A stretch of DNA of 59,256 nt, from assembly GCA_004379115.1 (NCBI GenBank), contig NBNH01000347.1:1-59256 (forward strand). The letters run 5' to 3'. Positions 1 through 10,714 of the stretch are shown one piece after another; within the stretch, counting starts at the first letter, position 1; every line of letters begins with the position of its first letter. The DNA is from Actinomycetales bacterium mxb001. GTDB taxonomy: Bacteria > Actinomycetota > Actinomycetes > S36-B12. The translations under genes were made by a program, and so were the position numbers. Below the pieces are notes generated by a model. It was not told where the DNA came from and searched no databases. It saw nothing but the letters and a program-made list of their open reading frames with translations.

Positions 1-1716
1 GATATGTTCGTTGCGGTGGCCTCCAGCGGGACGCGGAAGCAGGTCATGTACGCCCGCGATGGCGTCACGTGGTCCACGCGAACCTCCGGCACCGTGCCGA
101 ATCAGTGGCAGTCTGTCGCCAGAGGCGATGCTGGAGCGGCGGATAACGCGGAAGATGACACGATCGTTGCGGTAGGCGCGAGCGCTGACGACTCTCAAGT
201 CATGACCTCCGTCGCGACACCCTCCCCGGGCGGACTTCGCTGCATTTCGGCGTGGAACGGGTCAACCTGGAGTCCGCTTGGCGCGGGCGTCAATGGTGGT
301 ACAACGGTCCTACGTGCGCTCAATGATGACACGCTCGTGGTCGCAGGACTCTTTAGCAGAGTCGGGACCTACCCGGATGACGTCAATGGATTGGCCACCT
401 GGGCAGGGGGAGTGTGGGATGGCCAGGGCGGGCGTGGGTTCGACTTCAATATCAAGTCGTTGCTCGCGGTTGCTCCGACCACTGTTTATGTCGGAGGAGA
501 TTTTTATCGAGGTGGCTGCTGCGGAGGTATCACCTATACGACAAACCAGCCACTTCCCCCTGAAGGTAGCCCTGACTGGAAGACAATGAGCACCGGCTTC
601 AGGCATCCGACCGAAATTCCGGGCCTTGTTGATGCCTTGGCATTACTGGATGGCACCGTCTATGCAGGTGGTTACTTCAACGAGACGGGCGACGGTGGAG
701 TCGACCTCGCGAACCTGGCCTACTGGACTGACGACACATGGCAGACAGTCGGTCCAGGGCTCAACGAGGACGGCACGGGTAACACGTCCGTACGGACCCT
801 CGCATCCGACGACACCCGCGGGCTCCTCTATGTCGGCGGCACCTTCGACGACACGGCTGGTGGTGCCGGCAATGGGGTGTGCGACGACACCAACATTGCC
901 GTGGGTCCCCTGCGGTGCGTCACCGTCTGGGACGCGGGCATCAACCAATTCATCCCCTTCAAGTGGGGCTCAGAAGACGACAGCAACGGTCTGACCGGTG
1001 AAGTGAAGGCCTTTGTCGTGGACGACTCCGTCGTCTACGTCGGTGGCCAATTCAACACCTGGCCAGAGGGGGGATTCCCCCAGGCGTGGAACCTCAAGAA
1101 CGTCGGGAAGTGGACGTGGGGCGCTCCCAGTGCCGCGCTCTCGACGTCTAGTGGCGCCAGCGGGACAAGTGTGTCCATCAGCGGTTCGCGCCTCATCGGC
1201 GTCACTGAAGTGAAGTTCGGGACCACGCCAGCGGCCTTCACCCGATCGAGCATCACGTCCATGGCGGCGACCGTGCCCAATCTCGCGCCAGGCACCTACA
1301 CGGTGACCGTCAACGCGGTCGGCGGCATCGCGAATGCCGGCACCTTCACGGTGCCGTCGAATCCACGGCCCCCCGTGCCGCCTCAACCCACCCCCACGGC
1401 ATCGCCCACACCGACGCCAACTCCCACGCCAACACCAACTCCCACGCCTACGCCCACTCCCGAGATCGACATCGGCGGCAAGCGGTCCGGGGACATGGCC
1501 ATCGTCACCGGACGCATGGAGGGTGCCGGCCCCGGCGCCCTGGTCACCGCATACACGCGCACTAAACGCGGGGTCCCCTACACCGAGGGATCGACGGTGA
1601 TGGTGAATGCCAACGGCACCTTCCGCTGGACGCGCGCGATCTCCTCGCGCAAGACCCTGTGGGTGTACTTCACCGCCGACGGCGTGAAGTCCAACATCCT
1701 GCGGCTGACGCCCTAG
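1..1716 (+). CDS. Cell-surface/secreted beta-propeller-repeat protein with IPT/TIG-like domain, Pro-Thr linker and small C-terminal domain (5-prime partial)
   Basis: Track ORF 4..1716 stays open to base 1 and has no signal peptide, so the N-terminus probably lies outside the window. Spaced blade-like repeats VYVGGDF, VYAGGYF, LYVGGTF, VYVGGQF. IPT/TIG-like stretch SGTSVSISGSRLIGVTEVKFGTTPA...GTYTVTVNAVGG. (PT)n linker. Confidence 0.6.
   Translation, partial: DMFVAVASSGTRKQVMYARDGVTWSTRTSGTVPNQWQSVARGDAGAADNAEDDTIVAVGASADDSQVMTSVATPSPGGLRCISAWNGSTWSPLGAGVNGGTTVLRALNDDTLVVAGLFSRVGTYPDDVNGLATWAGGVWDGQGGRGFDFNIKSLLAVAPTTVYVGGDFYRGGCCGGITYTTNQPLPPEGSPDWKTMSTGFRHPTEIPGLVDALALLDGTVYAGGYFNETGDGGVDLANLAYWTDDTWQTVGPGLNEDGTGNTSVRTLASDDTRGLLYVGGTFDDTAGGAGNGVCDDTNIAVGPLRCVTVWDAGINQFIPFKWGSEDDSNGLTGEVKAFVVDDSVVYVGGQFNTWPEGGFPQAWNLKNVGKWTWGAPSAALSTSSGASGTSVSISGSRLIGVTEVKFGTTPAAFTRSSITSMAATVPNLAPGTYTVTVNAVGGIANAGTFTVPSNPRPPVPPQPTPTASPTPTPTPTPTPTPTPTPTPEIDIGGKRSGDMAIVTGRMEGAGPGALVTAYTRTKRGVPYTEGSTVMVNANGTFRWTRAISSRKTLWVYFTADGVKSNILRLTP
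1387..1461 (+). repeat. Pro-Thr dipeptide repeat linker (PTPTASPTPTPTPTPTPTPTPTPTP) inside the surface protein gene
   Basis: Codon-by-codon reading: ccc acc ccc acg gca tcg ccc aca ccg acg cca act ccc acg ... ccc act ccc. Confidence 0.9.
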
Positions 1717-3080
1717 CGCTTGACGCCGGCCAGCCGGTCGATCGCCTCCAGGGCCGCCGACAGGTGGGCGAGCTCGGTGACGCCCGGATCCTTCAGCCGC
1801 TCGCGCGAGCCCGCCGGCACCAGGATGCGCTGGTAGCCCAGCCGCTTGGCCTCTGCCACGCGCTGGGCCAGGTGCGGCACCGGGCGCACATCGCCGGACA
1901 GCGCGATCTCGCCGATCGCGAGCACATCAGCCGGCACAGGGGTGTCGCGCGCGGCCGATGCGATCGCCAGGCACACCGCGAGGTCGGCCGCCGGATCGGA
2001 GATCTGCGCACCGCCCACGGTCGCGACGAACACATCGTGCTGCGACAGGGTCAGCGAGCCGGAACGCTCGGTCACGGCGGCCAGCGTGACGATGCGCGTG
2101 GTGTCGAGCCCGGTGACGGTGCGGCGCGGGCTCACCGACGTGCCCTGGCCGATCAGCGCCTGGATCTCGGCCAGGAGTGAACGCCGCCCCTCCATCGTCA
2201 CGGTGACGCACGTGCCCGACACCGGCACATCGCGATGGCCGCGGAAGAGTTCGCTCGGGTCAAGCACCTCGCGCAGGCCCTCCTCGGTCTGCTCGAAGCA
2301 CACGACCTCGTCGGCGGGGCCGTAGCGGTTCTTGGCAGCGCGCAGCAGGCGCAGCGACGTGGTGCGCTCACCCTCGAAGGTGAGCACCGTGTCGACGAGG
2401 TGCTCCAGCGCGCGTGGACCGGCGATGGAGTTGTCCTTGGTGGACTGCCCGACCAGCAGCAGCGGGATGCCACGCTGCTTGGCGGTGCGCGTCAGCGCCT
2501 GGGTGACCTCGATGACCTGCGAGACGCCGCCCGCACGACCGTCGATCTCGGGTGAGGCGATGGTCTGCACCGAGTCGACGACGACGAGCTGCGGGCGATG
2601 GTGCTCGACCTGGCCCAGGACGGCGTAGAGGTCACTCTCGTCGGCGACCAGCAGGCGATCGGACAGGGCCCCGATGCGTCGCGCGCGCAGCGCGATCTGG
2701 TCGGCCGACTCCTCACCGGAGATGTAGAGGACGGTGCCGCCGGTCTTCTCGGCGAAGGCGTGTGCGACCGCGAGCAGCAGCGTCGACTTGCCGACGCCGG
2801 GCTCGCCCGCGACCAGCACGACCTGGCCGGGCACCAGGCCACCGCCGATGACGCGATCGAACTCACCGGCCCCCGTGGGGGTGCGGGTCAGTCGCTCGCC
2901 GGCGATGTCGCCGACCGGCGTCGCGGGCTTCACGCGTGCCGCCTGGGCGGTCGCCTTGGCCGGGGCAGCGGCCTGCTCGACGACCGTGCCGAACTCCTGG
3001 CACTTGGGGCATCGCCCGACCCACCTCAGCGACGTCGCACCGCAGGCGGTGCAGGCGTAGGAGACGGTGGACTTGGCCAT
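1713..3080 (-). CDS. radA: DNA repair protein RadA
   Basis: N-terminal zinc finger YACTACGA...GRCPKC, Walker A GEPGVGKST, KNRYGP motif, Lon-like C-terminal domain, 455 aa. Confidence 0.95.
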   Translation of the reverse strand: MAKSTVSYACTACGATSLRWVGRCPKCQEFGTVVEQAAAPAKATAQAARVKPATPVGDIAGERLTRTPTGAGEFDRVIGGGLVPGQVVLVAGEPGVGKSTLLLAVAHAFAEKTGGTVLYISGEESADQIALRARRIGALSDRLLVADESDLYAVLGQVEHHRPQLVVVDSVQTIASPEIDGRAGGVSQVIEVTQALTRTAKQRGIPLLLVGQSTKDNSIAGPRALEHLVDTVLTFEGERTTSLRLLRAAKNRYGPADEVVCFEQTEEGLREVLDPSELFRGHRDVPVSGTCVTVTMEGRRSLLAEIQALIGQGTSVSPRRTVTGLDTTRIVTLAAVTERSGSLTLSQHDVFVATVGGAQISDPAADLAVCLAIASAARDTPVPADVLAIGEIALSGDVRPVPHLAQRVAEAKRLGYQRILVPAGSRERLKDPGVTELAHLSAALEAIDRLAGVKR

Positions 3081-3086
3081 GGACGC

Positions 3087-3092
3087 AGGCTA
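3087..3092 (-). promoter_or_regulatory. -10-like hexamer TAGCCT, 6 nt upstream of radA ATG (leaderless-type)
   Basis: Minus strand reads TAGCCT-gcgtcc-ATG. Confidence 0.45.
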
Positions 3093-3112
3093 GGCCCTGC
3101 CGCCGACAGTCT

Positions 3113-3886
3113 CTACGGCTCGGGGTCGGCGGGGTGCGCGGCGAGGGCGCGACGCGACGCGGGGGTGCGGGCCTTCGCCAGCGCCTCCTCATGTGCCTGG
3201 CAGTACTCCACCAGGACGGCGTACGCCTTCTTGCCCATCAGCTCGACGAGCTCGTCACGGTTGCTGATGTAGACGGGCTCGGTGCCGACGTGTGCCTCGG
3301 TGTTGCCGCTGCAGTACCAGTCGAGGTCCTTGCCCCCCGGACCCCAGCCACGCCGGTCGAACTCGGTGATCGACACAACCTGCATGGTGGTGTCGTCAGG
3401 GCGTTCGACCTCGTCGTACGCGCGGCGAATCGGAAGTTGCCAGCAGACATCGGGCTTGGTCTTGACGAAGGACACGCCCTCGCGTAGCGCGAGACCGTGC
3501 AGCGCGCAGCCCTCGCCGCCCTCGAAGCCCGGGCGATTGAGGAAGATGCAGCCCCCGTCGACGACGCGCGTCTTGCGCTCGCCCTTGCCCGCCTTCGTGG
3601 TCGGGCCCTTCTCCTGGCCGACGTCGTAGAACTGCCAGTACTCCGGCGTGAGCTTGGCCGCCCACTTGAGCACGCGCTTCTCGTCGTCCTTGTCGGTGAA
3701 GTGGGCCCCCTGGGTGCAGCACCCCGAATCCGGCCGATCCGCGTAGATGCCCTTGCAGCCGCGACCGAAGATGCAGGTCCACCGCGACGTCAGCCACGTC
3801 AGGTCGATGCGATAGCGGCGGCTCTTCTTGCCGGGGTCGTCGAACTCCACCCAGGCACGCGGAAAGTCGAGGGGAACTTCAGGCAC
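3113..3886 (-). CDS. Conserved Cys-rich protein of unknown function (putative metal/Fe-S binding)
   Basis: 257-aa ORF with Cys clusters [44 protein letters not shown] start preceded by a leaderless-type -10. Confidence 0.6.
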   Translation of the reverse strand: MPEVPLDFPRAWVEFDDPGKKSRRYRIDLTWLTSRWTCIFGRGCKGIYADRPDSGCCTQGAHFTDKDDEKRVLKWAAKLTPEYWQFYDVGQEKGPTTKAGKGERKTRVVDGGCIFLNRPGFEGGEGCALHGLALREGVSFVKTKPDVCWQLPIRRAYDEVERPDDTTMQVVSITEFDRRGWGPGGKDLDWYCSGNTEAHVGTEPVYISNRDELVELMGKKAYAVLVEYCQAHEEALAKARTPASRRALAAHPADPEP

Positions 3887-3892
3887 CTCGCG

Positions 3893-3898
3893 ACCTTA
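3893..3898 (-). promoter_or_regulatory. -10-like hexamer TAAGGT, 6 nt upstream of the GTG at 3886
   Basis: Minus strand reads TAAGGT-cgcgag-GTG. Confidence 0.45.
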
Positions 3899-3913
3899 CC
3901 CCCCGCCGACGGG

Positions 3914-3919
3914 TAGCGT
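3914..3919 (+). promoter_or_regulatory. -10-like hexamer TAGCGT, 7 nt upstream of the GTG at 3927
   Basis: Plus strand reads TAGCGT-gcacgct-GTG. This supports 3927 as the ppx start rather than 3828 or 3918. Confidence 0.4.
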
Positions 3920-3926
3920 GCACGCT

Positions 3927-4856
3927 GTGCGGCTGGGCGTCCTGGATATCGGTTCCAACACCGTTCATCTGCTGATCGTCGACGCTCATCAGGGAGCCGC
4001 TCCGCTCCCGGCCTGGAAGTCCAAGATCTCGCTGCGCCTCGCCGAGCACCTGCTCCCCGACGGCAGCATCGACAAGGACGCCATCGACGAACTCGTCGAC
4101 TTCGCCCGCCAGGCCCAGGTCAACGCCGAGGACCTCGGCGTCACCGAGTTCCTCGCTTTCGCCACCTCGGCCATCCGCGAGGCCCCCAATGGCATCGCCG
4201 TCATCCAGGCGGTCCGCGAGCGCGCCGGCCTCGACGTCGAGGTGCTCAGCGGCCCCGACGAGGCCCGGCTGACCTTTCTCGCCGTACGCCGGTGGTTCGG
4301 CTGGTCGGCCGGCCGCATCCTCGTGCTCGACATCGGCGGCGGCTCGCTCGAACTCGCCTCGGGTGCGGACGAGGAACCCGATGTCGCCCTGTCGCTGCCG
4401 CTCGGCGCCGGCCGCGTCACGCGCGACTACCTCGTGGGCGATCCGCCGAAGGAATCGTCGGTACGCGCGGCCCGCAAGGAAGCGCGCGCGGCTCTGGGTG
4501 CGGTCGTCGGCCAGATCCTGCGTGCGGGCGAGCCGCGCATCACCGTCGCGACGTCGAAGACCTTCCGGCAGTTGGCGCGCATCACCGGAGCGGCACCGTC
4601 GAGTGACGGCTTCTACGTGCGTCGCACGCTGTCGCGCGATGATCTGCATACCTGGGTGCCCAAGCTCGCGTCGATGACGGCTGGCGAGCGCGCCAAGTTG
4701 CCCGGCGTCTCGGAGGCGCGCTCGTCGCAGTTGCTCGCCGGTGCGATCGTGGCCGAGGCGGCTCTCGACCTGCTCGGCATCGACCTGGTGGAGATCGGGC
4801 CGTGGGCGCTGCGCGAAGGCGTCATCCTGCGCCGACTCGACGGGATGCAGACATGA
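3927..4856 (+). CDS. ppx: Ppx/GppA-family exopolyphosphatase / guanosine pentaphosphate phosphohydrolase
   Basis: N-terminus (V)[18 protein letters not shown] and LDIGGGSLE are actin-like ATPase-fold motifs of Ppx/GppA. The track ORF extension 3828..3926 overlaps the divergent gene's promoter region. Confidence 0.85.
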   Translation: MRLGVLDIGSNTVHLLIVDAHQGAAPLPAWKSKISLRLAEHLLPDGSIDKDAIDELVDFARQAQVNAEDLGVTEFLAFATSAIREAPNGIAVIQAVRERAGLDVEVLSGPDEARLTFLAVRRWFGWSAGRILVLDIGGGSLELASGADEEPDVALSLPLGAGRVTRDYLVGDPPKESSVRAARKEARAALGAVVGQILRAGEPRITVATSKTFRQLARITGAAPSSDGFYVRRTLSRDDLHTWVPKLASMTAGERAKLPGVSEARSSQLLAGAIVAEAALDLLGIDLVEIGPWALREGVILRRLDGMQT

Positions 4857-7240
4857 CGGTCCTGACGCAGGAGGGCCTCACCACCGCCCAGGTGCAGGAG
4901 CGCATCGCACGCGGACAGACCAATGACGCGCCCGATCCGCATAGCAGGAGCATCGGCAGCATCATCCGCGCCAACACCCTGACATGGTTCAACTTCCTCA
5001 TCGGGTCGATGTGGGTCGTGATGTGGTTCGTCGCGCCCTTCCAGGACTCGCTCTTCGGGTTCGTCATCGTGTTCAACTCGCTCATCGGGATCATCCAGGA
5101 GTGGCGCGCCAGCCGAGCGCTCGCGAAACTGTCGGTGATCGGCGAGGCCCGTCCGATGGTGCGACGCGATGGCATCGACGTGGAGGTTCGTCCAGCGGAA
5201 GTCGTCCTCGACGACCTCGTCGTGCTGCGGCCGGGAGATCAACTTGTCGTCGACGGCGAGGTGGTCTCCGCTGAGGGCCTGGAGATCGACGAGAGCCTGC
5301 TCACGGGCGAGGCCGATCCCATCGACAAGGCCATCGGCGACCAGGTGATGTCGGGCTCCTTCGTCGTCGCCGGATCCGGCACCTACGTCGCCACGCGCGT
5401 GGGTCGCGACTCCTTCGCCTCGGGGCTGACCGAGCAGGCCAAGAAGTTCTCCCAGACACGGTCTGAGCTCCGCGAGGACATCGCGAAGTTCATCCGCCTG
5501 GCGTCGTTCCTCATCCCGCCAGTCGGACTCCTGCTCTTCATCTCGCAGATCCGCTCGGCGCAGCCGCTCAACGAGGCCATCAGCAGCACGATCGCCGGCG
5601 TCGTGACGATGGTGCCCGAGGGCCTGGTGCTGCTCACCAGCATCGCGATGGCCGTGGCCGTCGTGCAACTGGCGCAGCGCAAGGTGCTCGTCCAGGACCT
5701 GCCCGCCGTCGAGGTGCTCGCGCGCGTCGACACCGTGTGCGTCGACAAGACCGGCACGCTCACCGAGCCGGGAATGGCCGTCACCGACGTGCAGGTGCTC
5801 GACACCTCCGCTGACGTGCCCGCGATCCTGGCCGCGCTCGGCGCATCGGAGGAGAGCCCCAACCCCACGCTGCAGGCCGTTGCCAAGGCCTACCCCAATC
5901 CCACGTGGTCGATGGTCGAGGGCATCGCCTTCTCCAGCGCGCGCAAGTGGTCGGCCGCGACGTTCACCGATCACGGCACGTGGTTGCTGGGCGCCCCCGA
6001 GGTCATCCTCGGCACCAGCGACCCGCACGTGCTCGAGCAGGCCGAACGCCTGGCTTCTGCGGGATCCCGCGTGCTGCTCGTCGCCCGCGCTATCGGCGAC
6101 GGTCCCGACGTTGAGCGCGGCCCCGGGCAGGTGCAGCCCGTGGCACTCGTCGTTATCGATCAGCGGCTGCGCCCCGATGCCCGTGACACCGTGCAGTACT
6201 TCCTCGAGCAGGACGTCGCGGTCAAGGTGATCTCCGGTGACAACCCCGCCACGGTCGGGGCCATCGCGGTCCAGGCCGGCGTTCCAGGCGCGACCAGCCC
6301 CGTCGATGCGCGCGAACTCCCGGACGACCCGGACGCGCTCGTCGCCCCCATCGACGACAACTCCGTCTTCGGGCGCGTGACACCCAGCCAGAAGCAGGCC
6401 ATGGTCGGCGCCCTGCACAAGCGGCAGCGCACGGTGGCGATGACCGGCGACGGCGTGAACGACGTCCTGGCGCTCAAGCAGGCCGATCTCGGCATCGCCA
6501 TGGGCTCGGGTGCCTCCGCGACGCGAGCGGTCGCCCAGCTCGTGCTGCTCGACAACAAGTTCTCGGTCATGCCGGCCGTGGTGGCTGCCGGCCGTCGCGT
6601 GCTGGGCAATATCGAGCGCGTCGCCGACGTCTTCCTCACCAAGACCTTCTACGCGACGATCATCTCGGTCTTCATCGGGCTCTCGGTGCTGTTCTCGCTC
6701 TCGGCCAACGGCGAGTCGCTGGAGTTCCCGTTCCTGCCGCGGCACTTCACGCTCATCAGCGCGCTCACGATCGGCATCCCCGGCTTCTTCCTCGCCCTGA
6801 TGCCCAACACCGAGCGCTTCCGGCCCGGATTCCTGCGCCGCGTCCTCACCTTCGCGATCCCCGCTGGCATCATCTGCGCGGCATCGGGACTGACCGCCTA
6901 CCTGCTCATCCTGCGCAGCGGCGAGCCGATCGCCGACGCGCGCTCCGGCGCCACCATCGCCCTGTTCATCGCGGCCTTCGCCGTGCTCGTCCAGTCGGCC
7001 CGGCCGCTCAACCTGCTGCGACTCGGCGTCTGCACCGCGATGCTGGTGTCCTTCCTCGTCGTTCTCTTCGTGCCGTGGCTGTCCAATTTCTTCGCCGTGT
7101 ACGTCGGCCAGGAGCAGGACACCGTCATCGCCGTGGTCACCGGCCTGGTGGCCGCGGTGGTCATCGCCCTGGCCACCCTCGTGACCGATCGCCTGCGCCG
7201 GGCCACGCCGGGACACCCCGGGAGCGCCGGGGGAGAATAG
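4853..7240 (+). CDS. Cation-translocating P-type ATPase (HAD-IC family)
   Basis: DKTGTLT phosphorylation motif, [25 protein letters not shown], multiple TM segments. ATGA start/stop overlap with ppx. Confidence 0.9.
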   Translation: MTVLTQEGLTTAQVQERIARGQTNDAPDPHSRSIGSIIRANTLTWFNFLIGSMWVVMWFVAPFQDSLFGFVIVFNSLIGIIQEWRASRALAKLSVIGEARPMVRRDGIDVEVRPAEVVLDDLVVLRPGDQLVVDGEVVSAEGLEIDESLLTGEADPIDKAIGDQVMSGSFVVAGSGTYVATRVGRDSFASGLTEQAKKFSQTRSELREDIAKFIRLASFLIPPVGLLLFISQIRSAQPLNEAISSTIAGVVTMVPEGLVLLTSIAMAVAVVQLAQRKVLVQDLPAVEVLARVDTVCVDKTGTLTEPGMAVTDVQVLDTSADVPAILAALGASEESPNPTLQAVAKAYPNPTWSMVEGIAFSSARKWSAATFTDHGTWLLGAPEVILGTSDPHVLEQAERLASAGSRVLLVARAIGDGPDVERGPGQVQPVALVVIDQRLRPDARDTVQYFLEQDVAVKVISGDNPATVGAIAVQAGVPGATSPVDARELPDDPDALVAPIDDNSVFGRVTPSQKQAMVGALHKRQRTVAMTGDGVNDVLALKQADLGIAMGSGASATRAVAQLVLLDNKFSVMPAVVAAGRRVLGNIERVADVFLTKTFYATIISVFIGLSVLFSLSANGESLEFPFLPRHFTLISALTIGIPGFFLALMPNTERFRPGFLRRVLTFAIPAGIICAASGLTAYLLILRSGEPIADARSGATIALFIAAFAVLVQSARPLNLLRLGVCTAMLVSFLVVLFVPWLSNFFAVYVGQEQDTVIAVVTGLVAAVVIALATLVTDRLRRATPGHPGSAGGE

Positions 7241-7244
7241 GCGC

Positions 7245-8096
7245 GTGTCCGGTGCGCGCTTCGTCGTCGACTCCGACGCCGTCGCTCAGCGCGATCCGGG
7301 CGTCCAGGTCGTGCTGTCCACCTCATCGGTGTTTCCCGAGTCGACCGCGTCGGCATTCGAGATCGCCTCTCGCCTGGGCTACGACGGCGTCGAGGTCATG
7401 GTGATGACCGACGCGGTCAGCCAGGACCCCTCGGCCCTCAAGCGGCTGCGCGACCACTACGCGATGCCCATCCGGGCGGTCCACGCCCCCTGCCTGCTCG
7501 TCACGCAGCGCGTGTGGGGCACCGATCCGTGGGGCAAGCTCCTGCGGGCACGCGCCGCCGCGGAAGACCTCGGCGCCGACACCGTGGTGGTGCACCCGCC
7601 GTTTCGGTGGCAGCGCGACTATGCCCGCGAGTTCGTCCGCGGCCTGGAGCGCATGGGCGAAGAGACGCACGTGCGCTTCGCGGTCGAGAACATGTACCCC
7701 TGGAAGGCACGCTCGCGCGAGATCGCGGCGTACCTGCCCGGCTGGGATGTCCGCGACGAGGACTACCCCCACACCACCCTCGACCTGTCGCACACCTCGG
7801 TGTCGGGCACCGATGCGCTCGAGATGGCGCGCGACCTCGGCGATCGACTGAGCCACATCCACCTCGCCGACGGCAGTGGCTCCAATCGAGACGAGCACCT
7901 GATACCCGGGCGCGGCAATCAGCCGTGTGGCGACCTGCTCGAGCACCTCGCGGCCTCCGGCTTCGACGGCACGGTGTGCGTGGAGGTGTCGACGCGGCGG
8001 GCGGCCTCGCGCGAAGACCGCGAACGCGATCTGGCCGAGGCCCTGGCCTTCGCTCGACTGCACCTGGCCGCCCCGCCGGCCATGATGCGCACCTAG
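7245..8096 (+). CDS. Sugar phosphate isomerase/epimerase (xylose-isomerase-like TIM barrel) family protein
   Basis: 283-aa [23 protein letters not shown] and HIHLADG are typical of the AP-endonuclease-2/xylose-isomerase-like fold. Confidence 0.75.
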   Translation: MSGARFVVDSDAVAQRDPGVQVVLSTSSVFPESTASAFEIASRLGYDGVEVMVMTDAVSQDPSALKRLRDHYAMPIRAVHAPCLLVTQRVWGTDPWGKLLRARAAAEDLGADTVVVHPPFRWQRDYAREFVRGLERMGEETHVRFAVENMYPWKARSREIAAYLPGWDVRDEDYPHTTLDLSHTSVSGTDALEMARDLGDRLSHIHLADGSGSNRDEHLIPGRGNQPCGDLLEHLAASGFDGTVCVEVSTRRAASREDRERDLAEALAFARLHLAAPPAMMRT

Positions 8097-8097
8097 A

Positions 8098-8718
8098 GTG
8101 ACTCCGATGTCCGACAGCGACGGCACGGCCGAACCCACCCCGGATCCCATCCGCGACGCCGCGCTCGCGGCTGCCCGCAGCGCCTTCGCCGCGCGGGGCT
8201 ACGCGCGCACCACCTACAAGGGCATCGCGGCCGCTGCCGGCATCGCTCCCGCGGTCCTGCGCAAGTACTACGACTCCAAGGGCGACCTGTTCGCCGCGGC
8301 CGTCCGCCTGCCCACCGATCCGGCATCGGCGATCCCGACGCTCCTGGCCCCCGGGCTCGACGGCCTCGGCGAGCGACTCGTGCGCTTCACCCTCGACACC
8401 CTCGGCGACCAGGAGGTGCGCGAGGACCTCATGGCGATGATCCGTGCTGGTGCGTCCGCCGCTCAGGTCACCAAGTCGCTGCAGTCCTACCTCGAGGTGA
8501 ACGTCGTCGACCGCATTGTCAGCGCCGTGGGCGTGCCTGATGCGCGCATGCGCGTCGCGCTCATCAGTTCCTATCTCGTGGGGATCGCGGCCGGCCGCTA
8601 CCTCATGCGCATCGAGCCGCTGGCCTCCGCGCCCGAAGACCAGGTGGTGCGCATGGTCGCCCCCACCATCCAGGCCCTGCTCGATCCGCGGGTCCCACTT
8701 CCGGGCAGTACGTCGTGA
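8098..8718 (+). CDS. TetR-family transcriptional regulator
   Basis: N-terminal HTH ARGYARTTYKGIAAAAGIAPAVLRKYYDSKGDLF. 206 aa. Confidence 0.8.
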   Translation: MTPMSDSDGTAEPTPDPIRDAALAAARSAFAARGYARTTYKGIAAAAGIAPAVLRKYYDSKGDLFAAAVRLPTDPASAIPTLLAPGLDGLGERLVRFTLDTLGDQEVREDLMAMIRAGASAAQVTKSLQSYLEVNVVDRIVSAVGVPDARMRVALISSYLVGIAAGRYLMRIEPLASAPEDQVVRMVAPTIQALLDPRVPLPGSTS

Positions 8719-9521
8719 TCGCCGTCCTTGGTGCCGGGGTCATGGGCGAGGTCTTCGTCGCTGGACTCATTCGCGGGGGCACCCCGGCCGCGCGCATTGT
8801 CATCTCCGAGAAGCGCGAGGAGCGCGCCCGCGAGGTGGCGCAGGCCCACGGCGTGCACGCGCTCCCGGCGGCCGACGCGGTGCGTGAGGCCACCACGGTC
8901 CTCATCCTGGTCAAGCCGCAGGACATGCCGGCGCTGCTCGAGGAGATCACCGGTCACCTGGCCGACGGCACCGTCGTCGTCTCCCTCGCGGCGGGCATCC
9001 GGCTCGATGCACTGGAGTCCGCGCTCCCATCCGGCGTCGCCGCGGTGCGGGCGATGCCCAACACGCCAGCTCTCGTCGATCGCGGCATCACCGCGATCAC
9101 CCCGGGGGCCACGTGCTCGCCCGTGCAGGCCGACTATGTCGAGAGCCTGCTCTCGGCCGTCGGTCCCGTCGTGCGCGTCCCCGAAGACCTCCAAGACGCC
9201 GTCACCGCGACTTCCGGCAGCGGACCGGCCTATGTCTTCCTCCTCATCGAGTCGATGGTGGCCGCCGCGCAGGACCTGGGGCTCGACGCCCACACGGCCC
9301 GCGAGCTCGTCGTCCAGACCGTCCTGGGCGCGGCCACGATGGCTTCGCAGCCCGGCACCGACGCCGCCACGCTGCGCCAGCAGGTGACGTCTCCCAACGG
9401 CACGACCGCGGCAGCCCTGGCGGAGTTCGAGGCCGGAGGATTCCGCGATCTCGTTCTGCGAGCCATGACCGCCGCCCGCGACCGCGGACGCGAACTCGGC
9501 CGCCCCGCCTCGTCGACATGA
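8715..9521 (+). CDS. proC: Pyrroline-5-carboxylate reductase
   Basis: Rossmann IAVLGAGVMGE, MPNTPALV, SPNGTTAAAL. GTGA overlap with the TetR stop. Confidence 0.9.
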   Translation: MIAVLGAGVMGEVFVAGLIRGGTPAARIVISEKREERAREVAQAHGVHALPAADAVREATTVLILVKPQDMPALLEEITGHLADGTVVVSLAAGIRLDALESALPSGVAAVRAMPNTPALVDRGITAITPGATCSPVQADYVESLLSAVGPVVRVPEDLQDAVTATSGSGPAYVFLLIESMVAAAQDLGLDAHTARELVVQTVLGAATMASQPGTDAATLRQQVTSPNGTTAAALAEFEAGGFRDLVLRAMTAARDRGRELGRPASST

Positions 9522-10714
9522 GCGATGCGCTCACCGTCGTCTGGGACGACGCGCTCAAGGCCTACGACTTCGGCCCGGGACATCCGCTCGCACCGATCCG
9601 CGTGCAGCTCGCGATGCGCCTGGCCACCGACTTCGGCCTGCTCACCGCGCCGCGCGTCACGGTGCACACACCTGTCGAGCCGGCCACTCTCGACGATCTC
9701 CTGCGCGTGCACGACCCCGCCTACATCGCCGCTGTCGAACGCGCATCGCTCGACGTCCATGCCGTCGATGAATACCGCGGCCTCGGCACCTCCGACGACC
9801 CGGTCTTTGCCGGCATGCACGCCGCCTCCGCCCTCGTGGGCGGCGCCACCCTGGCTGCCGCGCGCTCGGTGCACGTGGGCACGGCCCAGCATGCGATCAA
9901 CATCGCCGGCGGCCTGCATCATGCGATGCCCGACCGTGCCAGTGGCTTTTGCATCTACAACGACATCGGCGTGGCTATCGCCTGGCTGCTCGCGCAGGGC
10001 TACCGCCGCATCGCCTACATCGATGTCGACGTCCATCACGGCGATGGTGTCCAGGCGATGTTCTACGACGACCCACGGGTGCTCACCATCTCGATCCACG
10101 AGGACCCGCGAACCCTCTTCCCCGGCACGGGATTTCCCGGCGAGGTGGGGGGTCCCGGCGCGCTGGGCACCTCCGTCAACATCGCCCTGCCGGCCGGCAC
10201 CGGAGACCAGGGGTGGTTGCGTGCCTTCCACGCGGTGGTCCCCGATGTGCTCGGCGCATTCGATCCGCAGATCATCGTCAGCCAGCACGGGTGCGACAGT
10301 CACTTCGAGGATCCCCTCGCGCATCTCACGCTCTCCATCGACGGACAGCGCATGTCCTACGAAGCGATCCATCGGTTCGCTCATCGATATGCCGAAGGTC
10401 GTTGGATCGCGGTCGGTGGCGGTGGATACGAGTGGGTGAACGTCGTCCCGCGGGCGTGGACGCATCTGATCGCCGAGGCGGCCGGGGCGCCCATCAGTCC
10501 TGCATCAGAGACGCCCGAATCGTTCCGCGCGTACGTCAGCGAATCCCTTGGTCGACCCGGACCGGGGCACATGACAGACGGCCGGCAACCGTGGGCAAAG
10601 CCGTTCGAGCAGGGTTGCGATCCGTCGGATCCGGTGGATTCAGCAATCCTTGCGACGCGTTCCGCGGTCTACCCGCATCTGGGCCTGGTGGCCGACGAAG
10701 ACCCCTGGTTCTGA
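9518..10714 (+). CDS. AcuC / histone-deacetylase-family amidohydrolase
   Basis: GGLHHAMPDRASGFCIYND and DVDVHHGDGVQ motifs. ATGA overlap with the proC stop. Track ORF start 9113 is an out-of-gene extension. Confidence 0.85.
   Translation: MSDALTVVWDDALKAYDFGPGHPLAPIRVQLAMRLATDFGLLTAPRVTVHTPVEPATLDDLLRVHDPAYIAAVERASLDVHAVDEYRGLGTSDDPVFAGMHAASALVGGATLAAARSVHVGTAQHAINIAGGLHHAMPDRASGFCIYNDIGVAIAWLLAQGYRRIAYIDVDVHHGDGVQAMFYDDPRVLTISIHEDPRTLFPGTGFPGEVGGPGALGTSVNIALPAGTGDQGWLRAFHAVVPDVLGAFDPQIIVSQHGCDSHFEDPLAHLTLSIDGQRMSYEAIHRFAHRYAEGRWIAVGGGGYEWVNVVPRAWTHLIAEAAGAPISPASETPESFRAYVSESLGRPGPGHMTDGRQPWAKPFEQGCDPSDPVDSAILATRSAVYPHLGLVADEDPWF

Noticed and set aside
4613-7216. 867-aa ORF on the minus strand
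   Set aside because: It is antisense to a clearly recognisable P-type ATPase. Its translation is Arg/Gly/Asp/His/Glu-rich low-complexity sequence, typical of the open antisense frame in very high-GC coding DNA.
9113-9517. Upstream extensions of track ORFs (for example 9113 for the HDAC-like gene; likewise 3828, 4802, 32121, 34627, 35150, 39021, 40174, 54183, 54731, 55735, 51392..51823)
   Set aside because: The extensions run through the preceding gene in another frame. Conserved N-termini, ATGA/GTGA couplings, SD sites or -10 hexamers support the shorter starts.
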